Made by a program: the position numbers and the translations under genes. The notes under the pieces were generated by a model, which made no database searches, was not told where the DNA came from, and saw only the letters and a list, made by a program, of their open reading frames with translations. Of a stretch of DNA of 64,000 nucleotides, positions 25,775 through 36,539 are shown in pieces (positions within the stretch are counted from its first letter, which is position 1; each line of letters opens with the position of its first letter). This stretch comes from Prorocentrum cordatum. Lineage: Eukaryota. The stretch lies in assembly GCA_963575745.1 (NCBI GenBank), contig CAUYUJ010000192.1, positions 186,001-250,000 on the forward strand. Reading direction: 5' to 3'.

Positions 25775-25990
25775 CTGCGGTGCGCGACTATGGTGCTGAA
25801 GCAGTAACCGTGGTGCACATACGCGTCGTCGTGTTCACAGGCAGTGTGTTTGGTGTACACAGGCGCTGCGGTGCACACGGGACTTGTGGTGTACAGAGGC
25901 ATTGCGGTGTACGCAAGCATTGTTGTGTAGACAGGCGCTGCGGTTTACACGAGCAGCTGTGGTGTGCAAGGGCGTCGTGGCCAAACACTA
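25775..25990. repeat. Degenerate ~18-21-bp tandem repeat (gcggtgtacacaggcgct-like)
   Basis: Recurring (g/t)gtgtacac / gtgcacac cores at short regular spacing. Confidence 0.7.
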
Positions 25991-26002
25991 AGTAATTCAC
26001 CA

Positions 26003-26385
26003 GGGTTTATGGCATCGGGGACGCGAATATAGTATACTTTGCGAGGGTTTGTTGACCCGGGGGCGCAAGTACGGTTTCATTTGCAAGGCTTTAGGGCCTT
26101 GGATACGCGAGTACCCAAACATTTGCGACATATGATGGTTTCGGGTACGCGAGCACGTAAGTATTTACAAAAGGTTTATGGCTTCGGGGAAACGAATTCT
26201 ATGCAATCTAAAATGGATTATGGCTTCGGGGACGCGAGTATTATGCAATATACAAAAGGTTATGGCTTCGGGGACGCGAGTCTTGAGTAACCTACAATTG
26301 TTTATGGCTTCGGGGGCGCGAGTATGGTGTAATCTGCTGGGGGTTATGTCCTTAGGGACGCGAGTACCATGTATTTTCTACGTGT
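26003..26385. repeat. ~42-bp-period array, 9 units, conserved core ttatggcttcggggacgcgagta with variable AT-rich remainder
   Basis: Units start near 26003, 26045, 26087, 26129, 26172, 26215, 26257, 26299 and 26341. Confidence 0.9.
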
Positions 26386-26734
26386 CCCACGACCACTCGG
26401 GAATTCAGACAACGAAATTCGGGGATGCTAACCAGGACGACTTCGGACTGTAAACTGCAAGTGGTTCAGGGAGCTGCAAGCCTAATCTTTGCAGCCTGAT
26501 GGCCCCGCAAGGGGGCCGGCGGATTTGTATGTATGTAGAAAAACCACAAACGTACACACACACACGCGCGCACGCGCGCAACAACAGCAACACAAACACA
26601 CACACACACACACGCGAATAAGAATCGGCGCGCAGCAGCGAGAGCCCCCCGGACGAGCTCGCCACCCTCTGGGGGCTCTTCGGCCAGTTGCAGGACACGC
26701 CCGGTGATCCCCCCCCCCAGTAGCGACGGGGGGA

Positions 26735-27290
26735 ACTCTTCCTCCTCCTCTTTCCCCTCCTGTTCCTCCTCCTCTTCCTCCTCCTCCTCCTCCTCTCCTC
26801 CTCCTCCTCCTCCTCTCCTCCTCCTCTGCCTCCTCCTCCTCCTCCTCCTCCTCCTCCTCCTCCCCCTCCTTCTCCTCCTCCTCCTCCTCCTCCTCCTCCT
26901 CCCCTCCTCTGTCCTTCTTCTGTCCTCCTCCATTCGGCGGCGAGCGAAGGGGGGAGGAGAGAAGGAGGAGGCCCTCTCAGAAGGTGGTGGGGCGTCTCAG
27001 AGGCCCTCGCGCGTTCTGAGAGGTGTTCTGGTCTTCGGGGAAGGCCCCCCTGGCTCGCCACCAAACCTCCTCCGTCTCGTGCAGTTCACGATTCGGACAA
27101 CGTTACGGGCCCTTGACCTGAATTTGATGACATGCATCACAGCGATGTTCTGTGACCCTTGGGGCGGCATCGGCAGTTCAGGGGACAGCCGGTCCTCCTC
27201 CTTCTCCTCCCTTCATCATCCCTCCTCTCCCCTCCTCCTCCCGCCTCTCCTCCTCCTCCTCCTCCTCCTCCTCCTCCTCTTCCACCTCCT
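26735..27290. repeat. Interrupted (CCT)n tracts
   Basis: Visible at 26735-26930 and 27195-27290. Confidence 0.9.
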
Positions 27291-27671
27291 CGAGAGGATT
27301 ATATTGACAGCCAACCCACTGCAAGATGAGCACAAGCCAGCGCAAGCCCTTCTCACATACACAATTCCTTCACATCGCTGCCTTTGACTCGGCGTGTGCA
27401 CAAGCCCTCCGAAAGAGATCACGCACGCCGCGCATGTTTGGCGCGAAGAGGGCCCTTTCCGCCCTCCTCCCGCCTCCCCCAGTTGTAGAATGACCTTCAG
27501 GGGAGGCGGGGGTTCCTGCATGTCGAGTTTCAGGAGCGTGTAGCATGGCAGGTAAATAGGACAGACAGAAACTGCTCGCCTGAAGTGTCCGGGGGGGCCG
27601 TGGCCTGAAGTGTCCACGGGGGCCGTGGCCTGGAGTGTCCGGCGGCTTCGCCTGGCTTTGACGCGTGTTGA

Positions 27672-27693
27672 TCCGAAAACATTATGGCTCAAG
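27672..27693 (+). other. Relict dinoflagellate spliced leader (18/22 identity)
   Basis: TCCGAAAACATTATGGCTCAAG vs DinoSL DCCGTAGCCATTTTGGCTCAAG; ungapped, ~150 nt upstream of the gag ATG at 27845. Confidence 0.6.
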
Positions 27694-27844
27694 GCGCAGT
27701 TGAAGCTACAGCGCTCGACCCACCTTCCCCGCCGAAGCGACAGCGCTCGGCAGTTTCACTCACCTTTCGCGTACATCATCCGGCATTGCGGACGGAAAAT
27801 CAACTTGGTAGCCGAGCAGGCTTGATCCACCTGCTTGCGACAAC

Positions 27845-30380
27845 ATGGCGCAGCAGTTCCCCCCCTATGTCCAGCAGCTCATGTCGAACCACACGGTGTC
27901 GCCCTCATGGGACCCGGCGCGCGAGCACACGTACACCTCCTGGGACTATGTGTCAGATTTGCGCATGTGGGAGATGTGCACGGAGGCGCATCAACGCACG
28001 CACGGCCCCATGGCGATGCTACAGCTGCAGCGCCTCGCGCGGGAGACTGTTCGCCAAGTGCCGCCGGACCAGCCGGCCGACGGCCTCCACATAGACTCCA
28101 ACGACGGCCAGGGCAGGATTTGGCGGTCGGGCCTCGACCTGCTCATTCACGGCCTCTCGCGGAAGTTCGCGCCGCTCGAGGTGGAATCGGCCATCCACTC
28201 GCGATGACGGCGCTGGTGGCGTTCAGGCGCCGCCCAGGGGCGCCCATCGACCAGGCGATCGCACGTTTTGACCTGCTCAGGTTCGAGGCGGCCGACACGG
28301 GCAACTTCCATCTCGGACCTCCGAGCTTGGCTTGGATGCTCTTGAACGCCATGGGCATCCCGAGCCATCAGCGGGCGCAGTTCCTCGCACCGACAGGCGG
28401 GAACCTGCCCGTGAAAGACGACCAGCTGAACTACCTCATGGCGTTCATACGTCGTCAGGGGTAACTGCGCGAGCAGCAGGGCCTCGAGGGAGCTGCGGCT
28501 GCTGGGCCGCGCGTTGCCGCCAACTTCGCTGGTGCAGCGGACGCAGACGCAGCATGCAGACCCCATATGGAGGAAACGACTGATTCTTCTTCTTCCCGAC
28601 CCCTTCCGCGCCGTGGGGCGGCGACCAGGCGCCGTTTCCCTTTTACGATCGCCGCCGCTCCCCGCCGCCACCGCAGCCGTGGGGCGGCGCCCAAGGCGCC
28701 GACCAAATGGGCTGGGCCGGCAACGCGTCCCGAGCGACGGACTGTTCTTCGTCCTGGCGCTGCCAGCGCGTTTACTTCGCAGACGACGAGGATGTCAACA
28801 GTTCTGACACGGACGACGACGCCCACGGTACGTTCACGATTTTCCAGGTGACCATCAATGCCAACACGAATGAGGAGCTCTACGAAACCCATACGGCGCG
28901 GAGAGCCGGTGGCGTGCTCAGACTGGCCGCATGCCTCGCCGATTCCTTTGCGGGGGGTCGAGCAAAGGCGATGACCGCGGAAAAGACCGATACCGGCGCC
29001 CCAGCGGCTGGAGCTTCCTCAAGGATGCTGGCGGCGGTGCCACGTGCCCGGAGTGCGACGGCTACGACGAGGGCTCGGGCAAGGGATTCGACGGCAGCGG
29101 CAAGGGCAAGACTAGAGGCGTCTGAACCCTCTAGGAGGCAACGGTGTCAGGCTCAAGTGCGACAATCCCGCATGCGGGAGCCAAGAGCATCTCTGGCGCC
29201 AGCGCGATGGCCCCAATGCCGAGCAGTACAAGCGGCAGCGTATGTCGAGACAATATGGCGGGCAGCGTGACTTCGACATGCCAGCCGAGCCCCCGACGCG
29301 GCAGTCGCCTCCGGTAGCAGAGGTGCCCAGGCGGCCGGGGCAGCAGCGGCAGTAGAATGCCGAACTACAGCAGCAGCCTCCTCCAGCGAGTCGACCGCCA
29401 TGGAGCGTTGGCAGCGTCTGACTGGGCAGAGCGCGGGACCGACCGAGGCGACCACTCGCCGATTTTTCGTCTCGCCTCTCATGGTCGCCGAGGGCGTCCA
29501 CGAGTGCAACGCCCAGCACATTCGCGAACATCCCCATCACGACCACGATGACGACCCGCACCGGGATGGCCCGCGCCCGCGCGGGCTGCTGCAGGAGCCA
29601 GGCGATGGCCGCGATGTCGCCGCCCGCTTCTCCAGCGCCACTGCGCGCCCATCAACGCGGCGCGCTGAGGGGCTCGGAGACGACAACGAGGTCCCGAACA
29701 CTTCCGGCCAGGCACCGCGCGACACACAGGAGCAGCACCACGAGCATTGGAACCCGGAGCGCAGGGAGCGCGGCGCGAAGTGGTTTGCTGGACCTGTCTG
29801 CTTCAACACCGAGCGCGGCGATCCTGTGGAGTGCGAGGTGTTCTTTGGAGCCGCCCGCCGGCCGCCTGCCCGGCTTCGAACGCCTCCTCATTGACCCCGG
29901 CGCCTACGACAATCAGGTGGGCACGCAGTGGGTTCATCGTCGGGCGAAGGAGGCGGAGGTGGTCGGCGAGAGCCCCACCCTCGCGCACTTGCAGACTCCG
30001 ATGTTCGTCGAGGGCGCGGGTGCAAACCCGCGGCGCGCGAACGACCAGGCGACGACGCCGGGCTTCTTCCGGGAGATTCACGGTCGATGCCACAAGATGA
30101 CCCATGAGGCGCCGGTCGCGCCGAATAGTAGCATCCCGGCGCTCTGGGGCCAGCAATCGATGGAGCAATGCCGCTCGGTCTTGGACACCCCCCCGCCCAA
30201 GCTCTACTTATGCGGGCCCAGCAAGATCATCTTCGCTCCTCCGCCCCGGCTCGATCACGTTTCAGATGATCAAGGGTGCTTCGGGCCATCTGATGATGCC
30301 GGTAAGCCATTTCCGCGCTGCGGAGAGATCGACGCCGTTTCCGTGCTGTGGCGAGGTCCACGCCGACCGCTCGCGACTTG
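27845..30380 (+). pseudogene. Decayed LTR-retrotransposon-type gag - Zn knuckle - aspartic protease
   Basis: Frameshifted segments: gag-like PSWDP...YVSDLRMW...KFAPLEVES|MTALVAFRRRPGAPIDQAIARFDLLR; GKGK-rich linker with knuckle-like LKCDNPACGSQEH (~29150-29190); protease LLIDPGAYDNQVG...IPALWG...VLDT...SGHLMMP. No integrase, LTR-type RT or LTRs seen. Confidence 0.75.
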
Positions 30381-30399
30381 AATTTGCACAACTTTGAGC

Positions 30400-33300
30400 A
30401 GAGCGATCATATCGACGCACTGGCCCCGAAGTCGCGGACGCGATGATGCAGACTACGAGACCAGCAGGACCACCATCGACAGCCTTTATTTCAGACTACG
30501 CGCGCCATGGGCGTCAAGGCGACGACCCGATCCAGCTGGGAATTTAGAGTCACGGTCGGACGTGCGACGATCAACGCGCCCCTGGCCACCGCCGCCCCCA
30601 GGGCTCTCGCCGAGCACCGGCGCGCGCGCGCCGATGCAGAACCTCGCGCCGAGTCGAGCGCCCCCTGGCACCTGCAGCGCCAGCCGCTCAAGATCACCCG
30701 GCTGGCGGGCCCATCGCAGCGCCGACAACTGGCAAGCCTCTCCCTGGGCCGGGCCGGTCGGTTTCCGCGCGCGCCGGTTTGGTCGGTCGGTCTGGGCCGG
30801 TCGGTCTGCGAAGTTTTTTTCGGCATCGCCGGTCCGGGTCGGTCCGGGCCCGTGCGTTCGCTTTCCGATTCGATTGCTCGAGGCATCCTGGCGTTCGAGG
30901 GCCCTCGTCATCGCCGCGGGTGGACGCGGCTCGGAAAATTGATCGCGGGTCCCCTCGGAGGCTCTCCGCACCCATGGTTTTTTTTTCGGCGGCCTTCACT
31001 TTTTTGTCGGCGGCCTTTTTCGGCTCGGCGGCCTTCGCCTTTTTTTCGGCGTCTTTTTCGGCTGCGCGTTTTCTCTGCGGCCTTCGTTTTTTTTTTTTGT
31101 CGGCGGCCTTCGTTGTTGTTATTGTGCGTTGTGTTGCTTTTTATGTTGTTTCTCCCTGGCGGCCTTCGCTTTTTTCCGGCGGCCTTTTTTTCGGCGGTCT
31201 TTTTTTCCGGCGGTCTTCGTTTTTGCACGGCGGCTTTTTTTTCGGCTGCCTTCTCTCAGCGGCTACGCCGCCCGCCCCCGCTGCCCGCGGCGCCCCCGCC
31301 CCGGCCGCCGCAGCCAGCGCCAGAGGCGCGGCGGCGGCGACGGCGACGACGACGACGACGACGGTTGCGGCGGCGGCGACGACGGCGACGACAACGGCTT
31401 TGAGTCGGCCTGGCGCCTGATCCATTATGCGGTCACGCCGACGAGCCGCCACTTTGCCGCGCCCGTCGCCGCGCGCGCGGCCGCGGTCGACGACCGCGCG
31501 GAGCACCTGGAGAGGCAGTCTGCCAAGCGCCGCACCATCAGTTTCCACGAGTGGGCCCAGGACGCCGTGATCACGGGCGCGCAACCAGTCTTCGGCATGA
31601 CGAAGCTAAAGGATTGGGCACACAAGGAGGTGGACAGGTTTAGCATCCGCACGGCGCAACTTCAGGCGGTGGCGGACAGTCAGATGGCTTTCTGGAACGA
31701 CATTTGGAAGGGCACTGTGCTTTCGCAGAAGCCAGACCAGAGCAGTCATCACGGACGTGCAGGATAACATCGACAAGGCCATCATCAACGACTACGACAC
31801 CGAGCACCTCATCGACATGGATGGCGAGACCCTTGAGCTCGTCCGCAGCCTCCGGAGGGATGCCCTCTCTGCCCCGACGATCAGCGAGGTGCGAGCGGCC
31901 TCGAAGACGTTTGCTTGGCAGACAGGCCTGGGCGTAGACGCCATGCCCCGTCGTGCCTACTCCATCCTGTCCGACGAGTCGCTTGCCATGCTGCTATGCA
32001 CCTTGTGGGCTTCGGAGGCGTGGGGACGTTGGCCGTCCTCCATCATGGCCGTGCACGTGATGCTCCTCGCGAAGGCACAGGCTGGGTCCGCCCAATTGCC
32101 TTGCTCCCCATCCATCTACAGGGTCTATACCAAGGTGCACATAGGCCTCATTCAACGATGGATGGCGGCCCATGAGAGGCCCTACTTCGCCCTGGGAGCT
32201 GGAAGATCGACCATTGATGAGGGGGCTCGCACCACGGTACACGTCGAGGCGACGGATGCCACAGACGGCGACGCCGTCGTCACGACGCTGGTGGACATCA
32301 GCAAGTGCTTCGACAGGGTCATGTGGATCAAGACCACTCGCGCGGCCCAACACAACGGCTTCCCGGCGGACATCCTCAGGGCGGCGCTCTCCATGTTCAT
32401 GGCATCCAGAAGGATTAGTTGGGGGCGACCTACTCATGCGCGGCGCGCACCATGGTGGGAGCTCCGCCTGGCTACACGGTAGCGATGTACCTGCTTCAGT
32501 TGACCATGATGATGTCATCCCATGTCTTAGGCGCCTCGCTGCATGGCCTCAAGATCACTCTGGCTATCTACGTGGGCGGCATTACGCTGCAGATATTGTC
32601 CCACTCGGCCGAGATAGTAGAGCTGGCGACGTCTGTCATCGCGAGGCTTGCCGCGGTCTTGGAGGCGTTGGAGCTTCCGATTGCCAGGGGCAAGGCCAAG
32701 ATCCTGCGCTCCTCGCCGTGGCTGGCTGAGCAAGTGGCGCGACGACACCGCGCGTTCGGCTTCGAGGCGGCGCGGCCGCTCACTGTCTTGGGACTTGAAA
32801 GTCGCGCGGGCGCTCGGCTCGCATACTCGGCGATCCACAGGAGGGCGCGCAAGGTCAAGGAGAGCCCCCCCCCAGGTTTCGGACGCTCCGAGGACTGGCG
32901 CGGATCGCCCGAAGAGTTGCGCGCCCCGCGCTGATACCAGGCATGGCGTACGAAATCCGCATGGTCGGAGCCCCGCCGTCATTGCTGGCCACGATGACGA
33001 ACGTGGCGCGCACAGGCTGGGCCAAGACCCCAGCGGCATCGTCGACGTGGCTGGCGACGCTGCTGAAGGAGGCCCCGCGCCAGATGCTTGAGAGCATGGC
33101 CATGGCGGAGCCTCTCTACACGTGGGCGCAGATGGTGCACGGCCGACAGGTGCCACTACACATTTTCGAGAAGGCTTGGGGCGCGCAGGCCAGGACATTG
33201 ACCAGCTCCGCTGCAGGCCCCGCGGGAGCGCTGCAGCTACTCCTTCGGCGTCTCGGATGGAGAGCTCACTCGGCGACGCGATGGGCCACGGGGAACGGCA

Positions 33301-34980
33301 TGCATACTGTCTTGCCTGGCACGTCGCCGGGTCGGATACGGGTCGCGGCCGGGCGAAATTGGAGGAATGGTCCAACATGCGAGAGCGCGCGCCCGAGCTT
33401 CCCCCTGCTCTTCGGGACCCGCGGGGCTACTGGATCGAACCGATCGCGGCCATGCTCCGCGCCAACCCTGAAGCCTCCGCGCGGGGCCTGGGCACGCGAG
33501 CGAGGGGGCCTAGGATCGACGGCCATCGGGGCCCAGTGGGCGCAGCAGAGGCTCTGCTCTGTCGGCTACGTAGACGGCCCAAACTGTACCTTTTGTCGGG
33601 ACTGTCGTGGGAACCCTCACCATGGGCTCTGGTCCTGCCCGGACCTGAGCGACATGTGCACGGATGCCGTGGGCGTTGACAACAGGAGACGCGCAGTCCA
33701 GGCCCCTCCCAACGACCTCTTCCACACGAGAGGCCTCGCGCCGCGAGCGGCACTCCCTGCGCTGCCGCCATTGGCGGGTGCATAGGCCTGGCACTGCTGC
33801 GCGGGCGGCAGGGGCGCGACGATCACAGGGGGAGATCCACGCAGACATCCCGGCCAAGTGCCCACTGCACTGGCCCGGGGCGAGCCGAGCTGGTTGGGGC
33901 ATCGCGGTGATGAGTGGCAGGGTGCTGCAGGGCATGGCACGCGGACCACTGCCGCGCCTGCAGCAGACAGCGCGGAGGGGAGAGGCATATGCGATGATCC
34001 AGGCGATGAAGCACGGCCAGTTTCTCATGCACGTCAAAACGGACTGCTTGGGAACCATAGAGGGCTTTGAGCAGGGGAGGCGCCGCGCCAGGCACCCGCG
34101 GAGGGACAGCGCAGCGCGGACGTGTGCCGCCAGCTGCGGCATGCCTCGGAGGACCTAGGTGGTCTCGGTGATGACCTCGCAGTCAGCACGGTCAAGGGCC
34201 ACCGGACCTCTCTCGAGTCTGGAGAGTCGCCAGAGAAGCTCGGCAACGGCTGCGCAGACATGGCGGCCAAGAGAGGCATGGCGATCCACGGTGCGCCTGA
34301 CATCGCGCGCGAGCGCCATGCCGAGCTCCCGGCCAAGGTGCGACAAATGGCTGTCTGGCCCGGGTCCAGCCAGGCCAACGTGGAGGCGCGACCGGCGGAC
34401 AGGGGACATACCCAGGGGCACCGGCGGCGGCGGCGCGCGCCATCCAATGAGGGATCGAGTGAGTTTGAGCAAACATGTGCCCGTTTAGTGCCAGCGAGGC
34501 TGACGATGTGCTCACCGCCCACGGTCTGCCCGATCCACTGCTGGTCTGGCGCGCCTCAAGCGAGGCAGCTGCCAGGCGCGATCCGACCTGGCCCGGGGCC
34601 CGAGGTCCCGGGGTCGAGGAAATGCCCGCGGGAAGGGGGCCTGGGGGCCAAGCGGGCCACCGGGTTCCGCGGCCTGGAGGCGGCGGCCCCTGGTGGGCAC
34701 AGCGAGCGGCCCAGGACCGAGCCGCTGGCCGCTCCCAGGTCTGATGAAGACGAAATGCAGGGAGCGGGGAGGTCGTTGAGTCGCCGTCTGGAGGACGTCG
34801 ATTGGCAGGAGGAGCGGGAGCAGGAGGACAGGTCTCACAGGGTCAAGCCTCGGGTCACCCTCCCTCCCTCGGCCTCGAGTCTGTCGAGCCCCCCTCCTCC
34901 TCTGGTGTTCCCTAGTCCTGAAGCTGAGGTGCCAGGTCGCCTGGCCGGCCCCCCGCCCTGCCCCATTGTTGCCATCGGCG
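30400..34980 (+). mobile_element. 5'-truncated, decayed non-LTR retrotransposon: RT + zf-RVT + RNase H (interrupted by a low-complexity tract ~30760-31400)
   Basis: TGLGVD...GRWP...LLAK..RPIALLP.IYRVY...LVDISKCFDRV...; catalytic YVDD mutated to YVGG; CTFC...HHGLWSCP; RNase H motifs RAGWG...QTARRGEAYA...KTDC...VKGH...GNGCADMAAKRG. Many frameshifts. Both boundaries approximate; no endonuclease visible. Confidence 0.85.
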
Positions 34981-34984
34981 TTGG

Positions 34985-35046
34985 TCTCCTCCTCCTCCTC
35001 CTCCCCCTCCCCCTCCCCCTCCTCCTCCTCCTCCTCCTCCTCCTCC
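34985..35046. repeat. (CCT)n tract abutting the spliced-leader relict
   Basis: Directly visible. Confidence 0.9.
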
Positions 35047-35065
35047 GCTGCCATTTTGGCTCGAG
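35044..35065 (+). other. Relict dinoflagellate spliced leader (19/22 identity) marking the 5' end of a LINE
   Basis: TCCGCTGCCATTTTGGCTCGAG vs DCCGTAGCCATTTTGGCTCAAG; ~140 nt upstream of the ORF1 ATG at 35204. Confidence 0.8.
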
Positions 35066-35203
35066 TGGGGACAGGCCCCATTGAGTTGAGGCAGCTCCTT
35101 TCTCGGAGCGTTCCTGGGGTCAGAGCCGGGCGGTCACCTTTCTGATTTCACCTCCCCTGCTGAGGGGGCCTCTCATTTTGCGCAGGCAATCTCTCTCGCG
35201 GCC

Positions 35204-36294
35204 ATGGCACTTGATGCTAATGCTATGCGAGAGCTCTTGCAGGCTGAGTTCAAGCCCGTGCAGGAGCAGATCAACACTTTAGCCAGTGGCATTTCTCACA
35301 ACATGTCGCTGATCAAACAGGTCGACGCTGGCACGAGTGCGAGGATGGACGCCTTCAGTAAAGATATCGCCGAACTTCGTGCGCAGATTCAGGGCACCCA
35401 GACCCGCATGGCTGCCATGGAGATGCGTGCAGCCGTCGACACCTGTGCCCCGATCGACTTGGATGATGAAGAGGACGCAAGGACTGACCCCTACGGCGGC
35501 CCACGTCGTGCCCGTCCTGTTTCCCTCCCTGACGCTGAGCTTGCTGCGCGCGTCGAGAAGCTCGAGGGTCTCATTTCGTCCCGGCCATCCAATCCGAGCA
35601 GTACGTCTCCTGGCAGTGCAACCTCGCTGCGAAGTGACCCATGGTCCACGTTCGTGCCTTCTTCGGCTCGCTCTTCGACACGTCCTGCTGCCGCTGAGGA
35701 AATCCGTAATCGCAAAAAAAGATATGGATCCGAGGCTTTCCGAGGAAGCAAATGGCCACTTCTTTTCTGAATCACTTCTCCGTGGTCAAAACGAAGATGG
35801 ACCGTGAGTGCAAGGATAAGTGCAAAGCGCAGGTTCATAATTTCAAGTTCAGCTACAACAGTCAGTTCGACGATGAGGATGATGCTCAGCTATTCCATGC
35901 CGCAACCAGAGCTGACCCAGCATTCCTTACTTGGACGGACCCACGTGAAGGGAAAGTCTATCCTCTTCGTGCTGGTTGGGATCAGCCCTTGCCGATTCGT
36001 CAACGCTCTTATGCTCTTGGTCAGTGTTGGCAGCTTATCATGGATGAGATGAAAACGAAGGGTCTCTGGCAGCAATCCATGCGCCTTGGGTCGAACCCGT
36101 TCGCTGGCGTGCTCTACCCCTCCAACTCCGCCACGGAGGATGCATGGGACCTGGTCAAGATCTTGGATAACGAAGGAGAGATGGGCACCTCCAACATCAC
36201 CCCGCAGAAAGACATGCGCGACCTCGGCTTCGAGGCGACCTTCGTCGACGCATTGGCTGAGAGGGTCGCTGCCATCATTGCCAAGCAGCGCTAG
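35204..36294 (+). pseudogene. LINE ORF1-like protein (N-terminal coiled coil), one frameshift at an A-run ~35714-35720
   Basis: ORFs 35204-35770 and 35752-36294 join through ...RKK|IWIRGFPRKQMATSF; heptad-like MDAFSKDIAELRAQIQGTQTRMAAME; sits directly upstream of an APE domain. Confidence 0.7.
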
Positions 36295-36539
36295 GATGCA
36301 GTACTATGGGAATCGGCAGCTGGCTCCTCGACAGTGGCCTGCAGTACTGGTGAGCGACGTGGACGTCCACGTGTGGGTGCTCGCGCAGCGAAGCCGCGCC
36401 TCTGTGCGCCTCCCTCTTCCCCCTCCTTTTCCTCGTCCGCCTCTTCCTCCTCCTCCTCCTCCAGCTCGTCGTGCGTGGAGCCGCCTCTGGTGCTCCCCGG
36501 TCTGCGCACTAAGATTTTGAATGCGTGGAGAGTTCTTTT

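Noticed and set aside
26003..26385. CRISPR array
   Set aside because: Variable segments are only ~17 nt and resemble one another, the repeats are degenerate, there are no cas genes, and the context is eukaryotic.
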